The position numbers and the translations under genes were made by a program. Below the pieces are notes generated by a model, which did not search any database, was not told the origin of the DNA, and saw only the letters and a program-made list of their open reading frames with translations. A DNA stretch of 63,996 bases, counting the filler, from Ionaspis alba (Eukaryota), in the NCBI GenBank assembly GCA_964255285.1. It is 4 parts of 4 records of this genome, joined end to end, with 100 filler letters (N's around TTAATTAATTAA, not from the genome) between each part and the next. Parts side by side here need not be neighbours in the genome. Positions count along the whole stretch, not along the records: positions 50,164 to 63,996 come from CAXUUL010000446.1; 3 more parts are not named here. One strand, given 5' to 3'. Positions within the stretch are counted from its first letter, which is position 1. Each line of letters opens with the position of its first letter. Below are positions 52,079-63,908 of this stretch, piece by piece.

Positions 52079-53267
52079 TCATGAGTCCGGTAACTGTATT
52101 TTATATACTTTGGCAGCAGTTTTGCCCCAAAAGTATGCCTGGTCTTCCTGCGACAATTTTGTTTGGGCCAATCTTTCTGCTATCCAAATCCAATTCTTCC
52201 ACGCTGTGCTATTGCCGCCACCTCCGACATTGCACACGGGCCAATCACTCCCGAACATGACTCTTCTAGGACCGAATGCCTCAAGAACAACATCAAACCA
52301 TGGCTGAACTTGATCCTTAGTTCTGGCCAACATCTCTACTCTCGACTGGACGTCCATTAGCTGCTGATCTTTTGCTGGAGGCAACGGCTCGATCTCAGAA
52401 AATGCGCCGGAGACCTTCATGTATGTTTTGGAAAATGACGCGAGCCGAAAGATCTGCTTCGACCACTCCTGAAAGCCGGTAGAATCCATTATCTCCCTCA
52501 GAGACTTCTCTCGCGTACTACGTATATCAGGTTTACACATGTGATCTACCACGAATCAGTCGCTCATACAAGCTCTACGGCGACTGCCTCAACAGATAAA
52601 GACCATGTCACTTACTGAGGACAAACACCACCTTCTCCCTCTCTTCCACACCCTCATGCGCCATTCGCACCATCTGCACCGCTTCCTCCAACTGCCATAT
52701 TCCCCCTGATCTCGCATCAACGCCGACGTCGAAACTCTCTACCCTCCTTCCCAACCACCGCAAATTATCAATAAACTCCGACTGCAGCATCGTACCGCGC
52801 GGCTTGTCCTGTACTAAATACCTCCAACCCACTACCTTCTTCGCGACATCGCCTGCCCTCTCCATGACTTGTTTCACATATTGCTCCAAAGCCTCTGATC
52901 CGCTGGGTAGCGGCGCCCATGGGACGATAGCCAGACACGATCTCGCATGCTCAGCTGAATGACCTTCGCCTTTGCGTGGCAAACCCCTTGCGACTCGTGT
53001 TATCCAGTCGACTTCTTCGAGAGGATGGGTCCAGCCTGTAGGATCAATTTCGGAGGGATTATTTCTGCGGTCAGTCTCTATGAAAACAAAACCATAAGGT
53101 GAAGGAATAGTCTTGGGAACAGGATGGATGGCATTCTGGTAGTCAGCTACTGAGTGCTGACCACTGAGGGGGCCTGTTGGTGTGTACCATGCCAGGGTTG
53201 GGGCTTCAGAGAGAGGGTAAAGATGAATGTGAGTGTCTATTATGGGCGGATGCGGAGGAGAAGTCAT
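52079..53267 (-). CDS. LRA2: L-rhamnono-gamma-lactonase (amidohydrolase-2), 1 intron
   Basis: IIDTHIHL, GFVFIETDR, GWRYLVQDKP, FDVGVD.R.GG.WQLEEA, HMCKP, YMKVSG.FSE, FGP.RVMFGSDWPVC; next to LRA1. Confidence 0.88.
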
Positions 53268-53399
53268 GGCAGGTACGGAAAGAGCTGATTGGGGAAGTGT
53301 CTGTGGGATGACAACATCATCTCGAGATTTGATAAGTGAGTGGGCGGTTTGCTCACTGAGCTCTCGAGTTGGAAACCGATTTGAGACGGACACAGTAGT

Positions 53400-53416
53400 C
53401 GGGAATCAATACCCCG
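53400..53416. promoter_or_regulatory. CGG-N11-CCG Zn2Cys6 (RhaR-type) site in the LRA2/aldolase divergent promoter, with clustered CreA-type SYGGRG sites
   Basis: CGG gaatcaatacc CCG. SYGGRG matches at 53414-53419, 53435-53440 (reverse), 53456-53461 and 53495-53500. Confidence 0.6.
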
Positions 53417-53613
53417 GGGGGCCCAGTCCAGTTGCCCCGCCACGACCCCTGTCTGGCGGGGCAAGCAAATCAGCGGGATATCTCCGACCAAACCCCGGAG
53501 AAACTACCATTTTTCAATTGACTTATCAAACGCCATAAACATATCGTCATGGCGGCCCTTACAATGCTTCACCACGAAACTTCCGTCAGCGACAACCACC
53601 ACTCCTTCCCACC

Positions 53614-54703
53614 ATGACCGCCAACCCTCCACCCCCAGGCATTTACGTCCCCGTCCCAACCTTCTTCGCCTGCCCCGCCTCCCCAACCTACAACCCTATC
53701 AACCCACCCCTCGATCTGCCCACCCAATCCGCGCACGCAATCCACCTAGCCAAATGCGGTATCCGGGGCATCCTGCTCCTCGGTTCTTCAGGCGAAGCAG
53801 TCATGGTCTCGAATACGGAGCGGAAAGAACTAATAAGCCACGTGCGGCAAGAGCTCTCGAAAGCCGGCTTCCAGAAATACCCACTCATGGCCGGGACCGC
53901 GACACAAGGGATCGAAGATACGGTGGAGCAGCTACAGATATCGAGAGATGCGGGCGCGGATTGGGGGATGGTGCTCGCGCCTGGGTATTTTGCGCCAGTG
54001 GTTTCGCAGGAGGGGTTAGTGGATTGGTATACGGCGATTGCGGATCGGTCGCCGATGCCTATTATGATGTAGACCTCCCCTTCCCTGCCCCAATCCCCTC
54101 CTCTCTCTCCCACCTCGCATCTTTACATTTCCCAGATACCACTACCCCGCGGTCTCCAACAACCTCTCCCTCCCTCCAAGCACGCTCCTCACGCTCTCAA
54201 CCCACAAAAACATCGTCGGCACCAAACTCTCCCACGCCAACCTCTCCCACCACGCCCTAACCGCTCTTTCCGCACCGCCTTCCTTCCCCGTTTTCACTGG
54301 CCTAGGCCAACATCTCCTTCCTTTCCTGACCGTCTGCGGCGCAGGCGCTATCGATGGCCTGGCGGGCATGTTCCCCAAGACGGTGGTAGCGCTATACAAT
54401 GGCTTCGAGGCGTCTGATCAGGATGGGGATGGGAAGAACTCGGCAGGAGGGAAGGGTGAGAGAGGTGTAGCCCGATTGCGCGATTTGCAGAAGGCGATTG
54501 CGGCCGGGGAGGAGCTGATTGTCAAATGGGGTACTGTGGGGGTGAAGGAAGGGGTGAGTCGGGTGTTGGGTTTTGGAGATAGGAGGGGAACGAGGTTGCC
54601 AATGAAGGGTGGTTTGCCGGAGGCGGCATGGAAGGAGTTTGAGGGGGCGTTCGAGGAGTTGGGGAGGATTGAGGGGAGTTTGAGCATGAGCGACACGGGA
54701 TGA
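53614..54703 (+). CDS. DHDPS/NAL-family class I aldolase, candidate L-2-keto-3-deoxyrhamnonate aldolase (intron about 54069-54135)
   Basis: PGIYVPVPTFF, LLGSSGEA, MAGT, AGAD..MVLAPGYF, IADRSP.PIM.YHYP, NIVGTKLSH (Schiff-base Lys), GAIDGLAG.FPK. Confidence 0.88.
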
Positions 54704-54789
54704 GAATAGAAATTCCGAATCCTTCTTGAGCTCTTCGTGGAGTCTTTGATTGAATGGTCGTGAACCTCGCTCGATATACGTGAATACGA

Positions 54790-57700
54790 TCACGCTTCCT
54801 CGCCTTCAATCCAGGCCCTAGCTACCTCCTTCGCTAAACCCAACCTCAGGATCGATAGAAGATCATTACCTGATGCGCCCTTTTTCATACCCAATCTCCA
54901 GTCCCAGCCTCTCTTACCATGATTGAGATCCCGCTTTCCATTCGCATTAACATTGACCATAACGCCAGAACCAGTTGCATTACTGCTCCCCGCATCATCT
55001 TCGTCCAGCATCTCGCTTCCTACAAGGGAGAATCCACTACTGCCTGCCAAGTCGCTGATACTCTTTTTGAGGAGATCTATTGGCGGCGGCGGTCGTTTGA
55101 TGCCTCTTGCTGCATCGAGTGTCGATTGGAGACATTCCTGACATTGGGCATAGATGCGGGGATGGACAGTCTGAAGGTCTTCGACGGCACGTAGTAGTGT
55201 GAGGATTTGTGAAAGGGTCAGAACACGAGTGGGCTCTGGAGCAGAAAGTCAACATCTCTAAGGGAAGGGTTGTGATCAAGAGTCGAACTTACGATCCACA
55301 AATACCGTGGCTTCTCCTAGTAGTGCCAAGAGACAATCAAACTGAACGATCGCGCCATGAGTCTCGTCATACAGACCACCTTGAATATTATCCGCAGCAC
55401 TCGCAATGACAGTCAACAGCGCAGATGCCGCTAATTTCTTGCGTGCAAGCGGCCGATGTTTTGGTCTTTCGCCTTTCTGAACATTTACGTCCTCATCCCT
55501 GAGATCGTAGAATCTGCGCATGGTGGCATAGCCACAGAGATAATGCTGCAGAATTTCAGCTGCTTCGGGGTCGAGATTTGCGAGTTGAGAGACACTAGAG
55601 ACAGGTTCGGTGACTAGAGCTTTAAGATTGTTATCGAGCGCCGAAAGTGGAGGATAGGCGATTGATTGGACGAGGCAGAGAGAGGTGAGAAGATCGAGGA
55701 CGTCCTTGACCTTCTTGGCGTTGTGAGATCGTGCGTAGTAGATGAGGGCCGTGCCATATTTATTGGAGCTCTCCGCAACAATGTTACCATATTTCTGTGA
55801 AGGAGTCAGGACCATGTATTACAGAGTCTCCAAAACTTACTTCTGCTATCTCGCAAGCCTCCTTCTCCAGTCCAAAAATACGACATAAACCAATCAGCTT
55901 GTCGGCTCGCAGGTCGGAGTGTAACGAGAGACTGCCGAGCATGGTTCCAATATGCTTGTTAGCCAACGAAGTATCACCAAGTCGATTCAAGAGTTCTATC
56001 GATAATTCCCATCCCTCCTTCGAAATACCTCGCCGTGGATCTTGAATGGATTCTTTCACGAAAAGTGCTTGGGCATAGTCAAGCAAGACCCCATCTCTAG
56101 TCAAACCCTTCTCTGGCTGACCATAGCTCAAGACCATAAGGTCACTCTCATCAAAGCCATTCACTCGTCCACTTCCCGGCGCAGATTCGAACCATCCTCC
56201 TATAGACGCAGTCTCGACAACCGCAGACACGACGGGGAGAGACCATGCATGGAGGAAATTCAGGACTGCTTCAACATTACCCTCGAAAATGCAGGCCAGT
56301 CCGACTTCCATAGGACTATTTGAGTCGATCTGAAAGGACCCTTCCTCCGCTTCATCCGTTACTCGCTCAAATGCATACGCAATACGTCGCAGGTATGCTG
56401 TGGTGACGTTGATGTCTACCGAACGAGGAATCTGTGATTGCGAACGTCTTAAAGACCGTCGAGTCATAGCCAGACTACCAACAGCAATCTCGTCGTTGTC
56501 ATCGCCATCCCACCAGACTGCCAGTCCAATTACTGCCTCCAGCCAGTCTTGAGTAACAGATATAATTTCGGTCGTCCCTCCGAGCAGAAGCCCATAGAGC
56601 GTCTTCAGATTCTGATAAATTGTCCAGGGAACTTTACTCTCAACTCGACGAGCTGACTGACTAAGCGCATTGGAAGTACTCCGCATTCCAAAATTTTCCG
56701 CCTGAAATGTTGATTCAGCAGGATCAAGATCTCGATCCCGACCTTCAGCAAAAGACGCAAGATCCCCCATCGCCTGTCCGACACGTCTTCGAAAGATGAC
56801 CCAGTCTGTTCCACTAGTATCCCAGTCATCGTCTTGAATCGCCGGACACATCTCCAAGATCTGAACAGCACGAGTCATGACTCTCTGGATATTTTTGAGC
56901 TGTACCCCACCATATCCATCTCGAGATTGACCATCCCCTCTCGCCGTACGAGCTTGGCTGAAGTCGGATCCGTTGAAGATTCGTATGACATCGCCCAGTT
57001 TCCCACGTAGTGTACAGGCGAAGACAATGTCCCAGAAGTTGAGATGTGCCGTAGAATTAGGGTGGTGTGAGATGAGCTCGAGGATGGAATTCTGATAGGG
57101 ATTGTGGTGTTGGTCCAGCCAGTCGAGGAGTACCCTGGGATATGACTCCAGTCTGACAGGCGCATCGATAAGCTGCAGTGAATTCGCGAAATTGGACGTT
57201 CTTCGTGATCGAGACATTGCAAAGGCTTGTTTGCCTTTGGCAGCTGGAGGGTGGTGGAGCTTGAGTAGTAGTGTGCTGAGGAAAGTGGCCTTGGCCAGGG
57301 GGGGGTCATTCTCGTTTGGTCCGATATTGGTCACGACCACTTCGTTTGGTTGGGATCGTCTTCTCGTCTGATTGCAACACGTTTGCCAGAGCTTGCTCAA
57401 GGCGTCGGGCACAGCAACGAGCGCTGCCTCGATCATCTGCTGATCATCTTGTCCGCTGGAAGCCACAGGATAGAGCTGTCCAACTAGCTCCTCTGTTTCC
57501 AATATCATGTTGTCGGGCTCGTTGAGCGACGCCGACCCAAGCCGCTTTGTTAGACCTTTCGCAATCATAGGAATATTCGAGTCCTTCCTTTTGACCGATC
57601 GCGCATTAGGGTGCCGAGACGAGGTGTAAGACGCGGCAAAGTTGACTTGTGAACGTTTCAAGTCCTTGGGTGAATGACCTATTCTGGAAGACCCATGTTG

Positions 57701-58303
57701 ACCCCAATCGTACGGAGTCGAGGATTGAACTTTTCTCGAACGTCCGTTGGTTTGGGGATTTGTAGGAAAGTCGTCTTCCTCTGAGTCAACATCCATACCG
57801 CCTTCGTCCGAAGCCAGACCCTCATCGTCCTCTTGGCCATTTGCAGAGCCGTCGTACATGTCATTATCTGCGTCATCCGTCTTATCACCATCGTTCAATA
57901 GACTAGTCTGTAGACTGCTGCTTGGAACTTTAAAGCCGGGTAGCCGTCCACCATCAGGGCTCAATGGCGTTTGCTCGGCTAGTCGTGAAGAGGCTGCTTT
58001 ACGTGGATGTGTGGTCTTGAATGCAGGGCTGTTTCGACTCCGTGTAGAGCCCATGTCCAGCCCGCCTTGCGCCCGGCCCTTAAATATGCCATTACCCGAT
58101 CCTAGCTGTGAACTTCCAAAGACGGACGAAGGAGGAGGACCGGCTGGTGTAAAGGACTTGGCAGAGGGAGGTGGGCCGGCTGGTGTGGTAGAGGGGTTCG
58201 TACCGAAAGTCGAAAAGCTATCATCACGGCTGCCAGTACGATTTTGGCGGCTTCCTGGCGTTGAAGGGGGACTGGACGAGAAGGGTACTGCGAAGCCTGA
58301 CAT
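54790..58303 (-). CDS. NUP85: Nucleoporin Nup85-like protein, 3 exons
   Basis: Disordered N-terminus (PSTTPAGPPPS), then LL.LHHP, LLDWLD.HH.PY, FWDIVF...LRG, CPA....WD...DW..FR, DWLEA.IGL.VWWDG, GWELSI..L.R, ALIYYARSH. Confidence 0.85.
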
Positions 58304-58740
58304 GGTAGAGGAGGTAGAGAAGGTAGAGGAGAAGGAAAGGTAGGAGTTGGGGTTTTCTGGAGCTCAGAGATGCATCATCTGTTCTGAGTAGTTATTCATC
58401 AGAAGCAGTATCCGTCGGCGCAAGCCGGTGTACAGGATGACTCTTCTCCTCCTTCTTCTTCTTCTCGGAGCGACGGTTTACTGAAGTGGTTGTTGAACAA
58501 ACAGAATAACAAGCTCGAAGTCGCGTCGCGCTAAGGAAGTTCGCAGCAAGGATTAAAGTTAGGTTGCACGACCGGCAACACTTTGTGCACACTAAGCCTG
58601 TACTCCGTCCAAAAGAGAATTGGAGATCAAGAGAAATTTGATACTATTCCAATTTTATATGGGTTATATGATTCTTCTTATTCCAAGTGGCTCTAACGAT
58701 GTAACAGGTGTATCTAGATGCTCCACAAGCGGTTTCTCGA

Positions 58741-59307
58741 TTAAATTATACTATACAAGCCCAAAAGTCCTCCCACCAACGGCAACATCGCCCTCACGGA
58801 ATTGAACCTCGCCCACCTCACTACCACACTCTTCTCCGCAAGCAACGCTGCCTTCGCCTCTCGACCTTCTTCGGCGTTCTTAGCCAATCTCGCGAGCTCA
58901 GATCGGACACCGAACATGGCGAGCATGGTGTAAGGAATGACCATCAGCGTCGCTAAAGCTGCATATGCAAACACCGGTGCGGCTCCTGGTTGTGCCGATG
59001 TTGCATACCAGGCATAAAGGAGACTGAGGCCCGCGAGGGCAATGGTGTAGAGAGTTTTCTCCCCGCCGTTATCGACGATTGTTCGAAGGTGCAGTGCTGG
59101 TCTTGGTTCGTGTTTAAGGAGAGAAGGGATGGTGACGGTAGAGACGCAAACGAGAAAGCCTGGATACTGTCAGATGAACGCCGATATCGAAAGACACGAT
59201 CTGTCGAGACGATGCTATATGAAAAGGGCCTACGAACCCGAAATCCACAGAGAGCCACCGATACCCAAGGCCTGAGCCAAACGAATCGTGGTACTTTGAT
59301 GATCCAT
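58741..59307 (-). CDS. DUF1772 / anthrone-oxygenase-like small membrane protein (intron 59160-59237)
   Basis: Spliced product MDHQSTTIRLAQALGIGGSLWISG|FLVCVSTVTIPSLL...IALAGLSLLYAWY...LMVIPYTMLAMF.V..EL...VVRWARFNSVRAMLPLVG. Confidence 0.8.
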
Positions 59308-60795
59308 AGCCAGCTATCTTGCAAAGAACGTCGAGCAATTACACTATATAAATGTAGACAAGCGAGCCGATTCGATAAATGAAACCGCAATGAATAATGC
59401 AAATACTTGGGCAAATCTATATGAAACAAACCGAAGGATTATCGACGCATTGCTTTTTCGAATTGTGGACAACGTGCCGCTTATATCAACCTCAACCCCA
59501 TGGGCGTCCTGCCTCGCCAAGTACGCAGACAGTACGCAACCTCGTCATCGGGAAAGCTTCTCCTCTCCGTGCACCGTTACACAGCACTCCGCCTGCAAGG
59601 TAGCTCGGCGGCCAAGACAAACCGTTGCCGCATGCAGGGCCGGCAGCCGGGAGGTCTAGAACCGACGTGCCGCTGCTTACTGCAACCTCCCGCTTCCGCC
59701 TCATTGGTAGTATCTGGGAGCCACAATAATATCGCAAGGAATGTTTATATTTCATAGCCGTGAAGAACTGTAACTCAGCTACGTATTCCCATTGGGGAGA
59801 TTGTGTAAGCGAGCATGAGGCGGCACGGTTGAGAGCACGAGGGGATCTTAATTGATCCTAGATAATCCTCCCGGTCCGGGTCGCGATCCATCGCTTGATG
59901 ATACTTCATTGGCGGAGGAGGTAGTGCTCATTCCTTGTGCAAACACCTCTAGTGAAGAGCCGGAATATGTGGCTTCATCCAATAACAAGTCAGCAGCATG
60001 GAAAAGGATGCTGGGAGTTTCGGCCCTCGGTTCTTTGCCTATACCAGAGGCCGAGTTGTAATATCTAACCCCAACAACTGATCCTTTATACTCCTATAGG
60101 ATATACAAACGAGTCGTCTATCGAGGCAGCTGTATACTATTTCCACAAGGACGACAAGCTCCTTCATCAACATCCAAGCAATATGAAGGACCCATCAATC
60201 GGCGCAAGGCATTTCTTACGTCGATAATTCAAAGTCAACATGCACAAAATTCTCGAGATCCCTCAGCGGTTATATTCCCATGCCACTTTGTCATTCTTCA
60301 CAACACTCCTTTTTCGATCCTGCTGTAGGCTCCTTCCTAGCCCCACTGTTAAAGTCGAAATCCATCCAATACTGCTCACGATCGGTTCCGGTGAATCCGT
60401 ACGCTCGGGCCCCATCTCACTCATAACCTCCATCCTAAATCCATTCATTTGTGCTCACGGTTCCTCTTCATGCGTCGACCTACCATCCTCCTTCGGCACC
60501 CGACCTATTCCTAGCACCCTATAAATCCACGATCCTGATGGTCGGCAACGCCGAGTGCAATAGACGCGGAAGCAGACCGACGACTGCAGCGCAAGAGGGA
60601 TAGCAGATGGCTTTCAACGCCCGATGCTGAGCCGCGGCCTCCCTAGCAGTTTCCTTCACCCTTGCTGGCTGCACTCAAACGTCCTCTAGAATATCCCAGG
60701 CGCCTCCACGCATAGACGCGTAGAATCCTCGTGTGGAACGTGGACTCCAAATGCAGCAAAAGACTCTCTTGACCAGATACTTTCGATCCAAAGTC

Positions 60796-62583
60796 TCAAA
60801 CAAATCCCAGCAATCCGTCAAGCTCTTCCGCGCTTAGCGTCACTCGCCTCCTCCGCGGCTTGACTTCTAGCACCGGAGCTGAAATCCGTTCCTCGGGAAG
60901 ATCTGGCTTTTCTGCGCTCTGGGAAGCAGCTTCGGCTTCTTGCTGTACTGTCTCCAATTTCTCTGCGATAGTAAGCCTGAGAGCAATGGTGGCACTCTGA
61001 TCCTCATCAGCAGTGCTCGACAGTATCAAGTTACACGATGACAATACCTCTTGTTGCTTTGACCGACTGTCAGGACCAGCAGCTCTCTTTGACGGGGTGA
61101 TGTTAGTGAAATTGAGCAGGGAGAGCTCGTCCGCACTGTCTTGAGTTGAAGGTGGATCACTGCTCTCGACGGCAGTAATCTGAAAAGAGACCTTTCGCGG
61201 AGAAAGGGAGCGACGGCGAGCATTTCCTGTTGTAGGCCCAAGGATCTTGGGAGGTGGGAAGAGCGGGATAGGACTCTCTTGCAGGAGATCTGAATGTTGT
61301 GAAGGAATCGTTTCCGCTTGAGAGAGTTGTCCATCATCTTGCGTCACTGAAAAGGCATTGCCAGTTGCTGAAACCATGCTCGCGTCCGTGCTTTCGTTGA
61401 TAGAAGTTTCCTCACTCGGCTCTGATTTTGGCTTCAGAATCTCCTCTGAGCCAAGATTCAATCCCTTCCGCAGATCGTCCAGGTTGATAGTATCGCCCGT
61501 CTCCATCATCCGATCTCTCCATCCGTTCATGAGAGCAACAGCCTCCCTCCATCGAGCTTCCATCTTGTCCCAGCCTTCACGTAGTCGTATGATCTCATCT
61601 TCTCTGATTTCGACTTCTTCTAGTGGCACAAAGGAGGGATTTGTTAGGAGACCTCGAAGGTGCTCGAGGACTTCATCCATGTTTGCTGCCAGCATTTGAT
61701 AGCTTGGTGGGATTGATAAGGAGACGTTCGGATCACGCTGTATTATACTTCCACTCAGTCCTTGGCTAATCAGTTCCTCTTGTGTCTGCTCTGGTAGACC
61801 TTGCAGATTCCGTAAAGTAGCCAAAGTGTTCTTTGCAAGCTCAACCAAAGCTTCGTTCTCATCAGTCAGATTCCGACTGAGCTGTGTCAAGAAGTCCGCA
61901 GTATCTTCTTTCAAAGTATTGACTGGGCTCCCATCATATGCTGCAATGTGGCCGTTGGTGCTGCCGTTATGAATCTTACCCATTCCGGGCGTTATCACCA
62001 TCACTCCGACCTGACCTCCAGTGCCGTCTCTGCCTCGTCTTCCTTCAAGATGTCTCTTCAGTCTTTTGACTTCGTTGTCACGCTTACGGACATCATTGGC
62101 GCATTGGCTTCTTATTTGAGTCACGGTTGTCTTCAATCGTACCATCTCTTCTCGAAGCGTTCTATTCCGAGTCTCCACACCTTTGAGACTAGATTTCGCA
62201 TTACGCTCCTGGGTAACAGAAAACACTAATTGTCGCTTCAGCTCGATGGCCTGATTTTGTAGGCGTTCAATTTTCTGTGACTGTTGCGCCGCAGTCGTGC
62301 GCATGGTCTGCATGTTTTGAGAGAGTGTGGAAAGAGTGTCGGTTTCCCGCTGAGGACGAGTATAAGCGTATGTCCAGGGCCACGTTAAGAAGCTAATACT
62401 TACATCTCGTCGGAGAACGAGATCATGCGCAAGATTGATGATCTGCGCCATTGTAGCATTTGCGCCGCCCTCCCCTCTAGACGGCTTCGCGAATTCGATC
62501 GGCGTGCCATTGCGCAGCAGACCACGAGATAATAGCAAGTTATTGACATATGCTGATGCTGTCTGCAAATTTTGAGGATCCAT
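60796..62583 (-). CDS. tinA: Afadin/alpha-actinin-binding (ADIP) coiled-coil protein, NIMA-interacting TinA/Msd1-like
   Basis: MDPQNLQTASAYVNNLLLSRGLL..G..I.FA.P, IINL.HDLVLRRD, coiled coil, R.QCANDVRKRD, LLTNPSFVPLEEVEIRE.EI.RLREGW.KME.RW. In-frame introns at 62350-62403 and 60997-61047. Confidence 0.8.
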   Translation of the reverse strand: MDPQNLQTASAYVNNLLLSRGLLRNGTPIEFAKPSRGEGGANATMAQIINLAHDLVLRRDVSISFLTWPWTYAYTRPQRETDTLSTLSQNMQTMRTTAAQQSQKIERLQNQAIELKRQLVFSVTQERNAKSSLKGVETRNRTLREEMVRLKTTVTQIRSQCANDVRKRDNEVKRLKRHLEGRRGRDGTGGQVGVMVITPGMGKIHNGSTNGHIAAYDGSPVNTLKEDTADFLTQLSRNLTDENEALVELAKNTLATLRNLQGLPEQTQEELISQGLSGSIIQRDPNVSLSIPPSYQMLAANMDEVLEHLRGLLTNPSFVPLEEVEIREDEIIRLREGWDKMEARWREAVALMNGWRDRMMETGDTINLDDLRKGLNLGSEEILKPKSEPSEETSINESTDASMVSATGNAFSVTQDDGQLSQAETIPSQHSDLLQESPIPLFPPPKILGPTTGNARRRSLSPRKVSFQITAVESSDPPSTQDSADELSLLNFTNITPSKRAAGPDSRSKQQEVLSSCNLILSSTADEDQSATIALRLTIAEKLETVQQEAEAASQSAEKPDLPEERISAPVLEVKPRRRRVTLSAEELDGLLGFV

Positions 62584-63908
62584 TGAGACCTGAGAATGTG
62601 CCTGAAGCACTCCGATCAGAACTGGTGCGGTACCCAAAATTTTTGATGTTCATCAATCCTCTGAGGGACCAAAGTAAACAAAGACATCTATTCGGTTGGT
62701 AGCGAGAGGCTAGCGCGAGAGCAGATCCATACAGGCTTGGCAGATCAAAGTTTATCATTCGCTAAGCACTGTTTCACCTACAGTAGTGGACTCCTCCTCA
62801 TGCTGTAGAAGGAATACCATTCCCGACTCGACGAACACAATGAAAATGGACGAGGCAAGCTCTCATGGAGAGACAGGCGGCGCATCATGGTACTAGCAGA
62901 GTCGCAAAAGCTTACTGGTCGCATGCAGCCATGATGCGGCACAGCTCCATTCTCGAGCCCCAAGATTAACAACCTTTGAGAACATGAATGATATTTCTCA
63001 TCGCAGGATGTACTCCTACCCATACCTCAGTCTACTTTGTTCCTTGTGATCTCTGCACTCTAGATCGAATCATGCCGTCAAATCGTTGCTATCCCTCGCT
63101 CAGCGAACAATAGTGCCCTCTCAGCGATACCTTACTTCCAAAGTACCAGCTTCATCCCCACAATCCAATAATCTTACTGACACCTCCATGACAGGTCCAC
63201 TCTTCAATCTCAATCCCAAAGATCCTCCTCCACCCTTTCAATCCATCAGCCTCGGAACGAACACCGCTTCCTTCCCTCCCATCCTTTCCTGCTTTGTCCT
63301 ATTCAGCTTCGCTAATTTCCATACCCAATACCCCCTAGACTTCACCAGCTGAGACCCCCTCACCCTCTTCTTCCTCCTCCTCTTCCTCACCTATCTCATT
63401 CTCTTCCTTGTCCAGCCCCTCTCACACCTAGCCATATCCTATCTCCCTTCCTCCTCTCCATCCTAGGAGTGCTTCTCCCACAACCTCATCGATACCCTCC
63501 AGCTTAGGTCGGGTTTCGAAGAGAAGGATCGGAGGCTTGCGAAGGGTGGCTGTCTGGACAAAGATGGAGAAGGCAACTAGTAGATAGAGGAATGGCTGGA
63601 TAAACATTATTTGATTTATTCTAGTATCTATGGCTATCTGTGTTCGTGGTCCAGTTCCGGAACAGTCTCGACTTTGCAACTCATACTACCGCACCAAATG
63701 CGACCCCCATGTCCACGATTCTTCGCCTGCTGTCCGAATACTTATGCATTTCATGTTGACGTCATCCTGTAGGCCATCACAGATATCCCACAACATTGAC
63801 CGATGTTCTCGACTTTATCCACAAGTTTCGCTAACGTCACGAAACCACCCTCTCCTTTCTACTCTTTCCGGACCTCTTCCACACCTACCAAGGACCGACC
63901 AAAGTCTC

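Noticed and set aside
57747..58343. Long antisense ORFs over NUP85, Lon (39551-40183), actinin, AKR and others
   Set aside because: Shadow ORFs opposite well-supported genes, expected from codon bias.
46657..59307. Secondary-metabolite cluster suggested by the MpaB-like, SDR and DUF1772 genes
   Set aside because: No PKS, NRPS, terpene synthase or prenyltransferase is present. The SDR is LRA1, and the genes are separated by NUP85 and a contig join.
59800..60750. Possible degraded gene on the minus strand between DUF1772 and the TinA-like gene
   Set aside because: Multiple stops in all frames and no family motif identified.
62900..63680. Signal-peptide-like ORF (MFIQPFLYLLVAFSIFVQTA) followed by a Glu-rich frame with many stops
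   Set aside because: Could be a pseudogene, but purine-rich low complexity explains the pattern equally well; no homology evidence.
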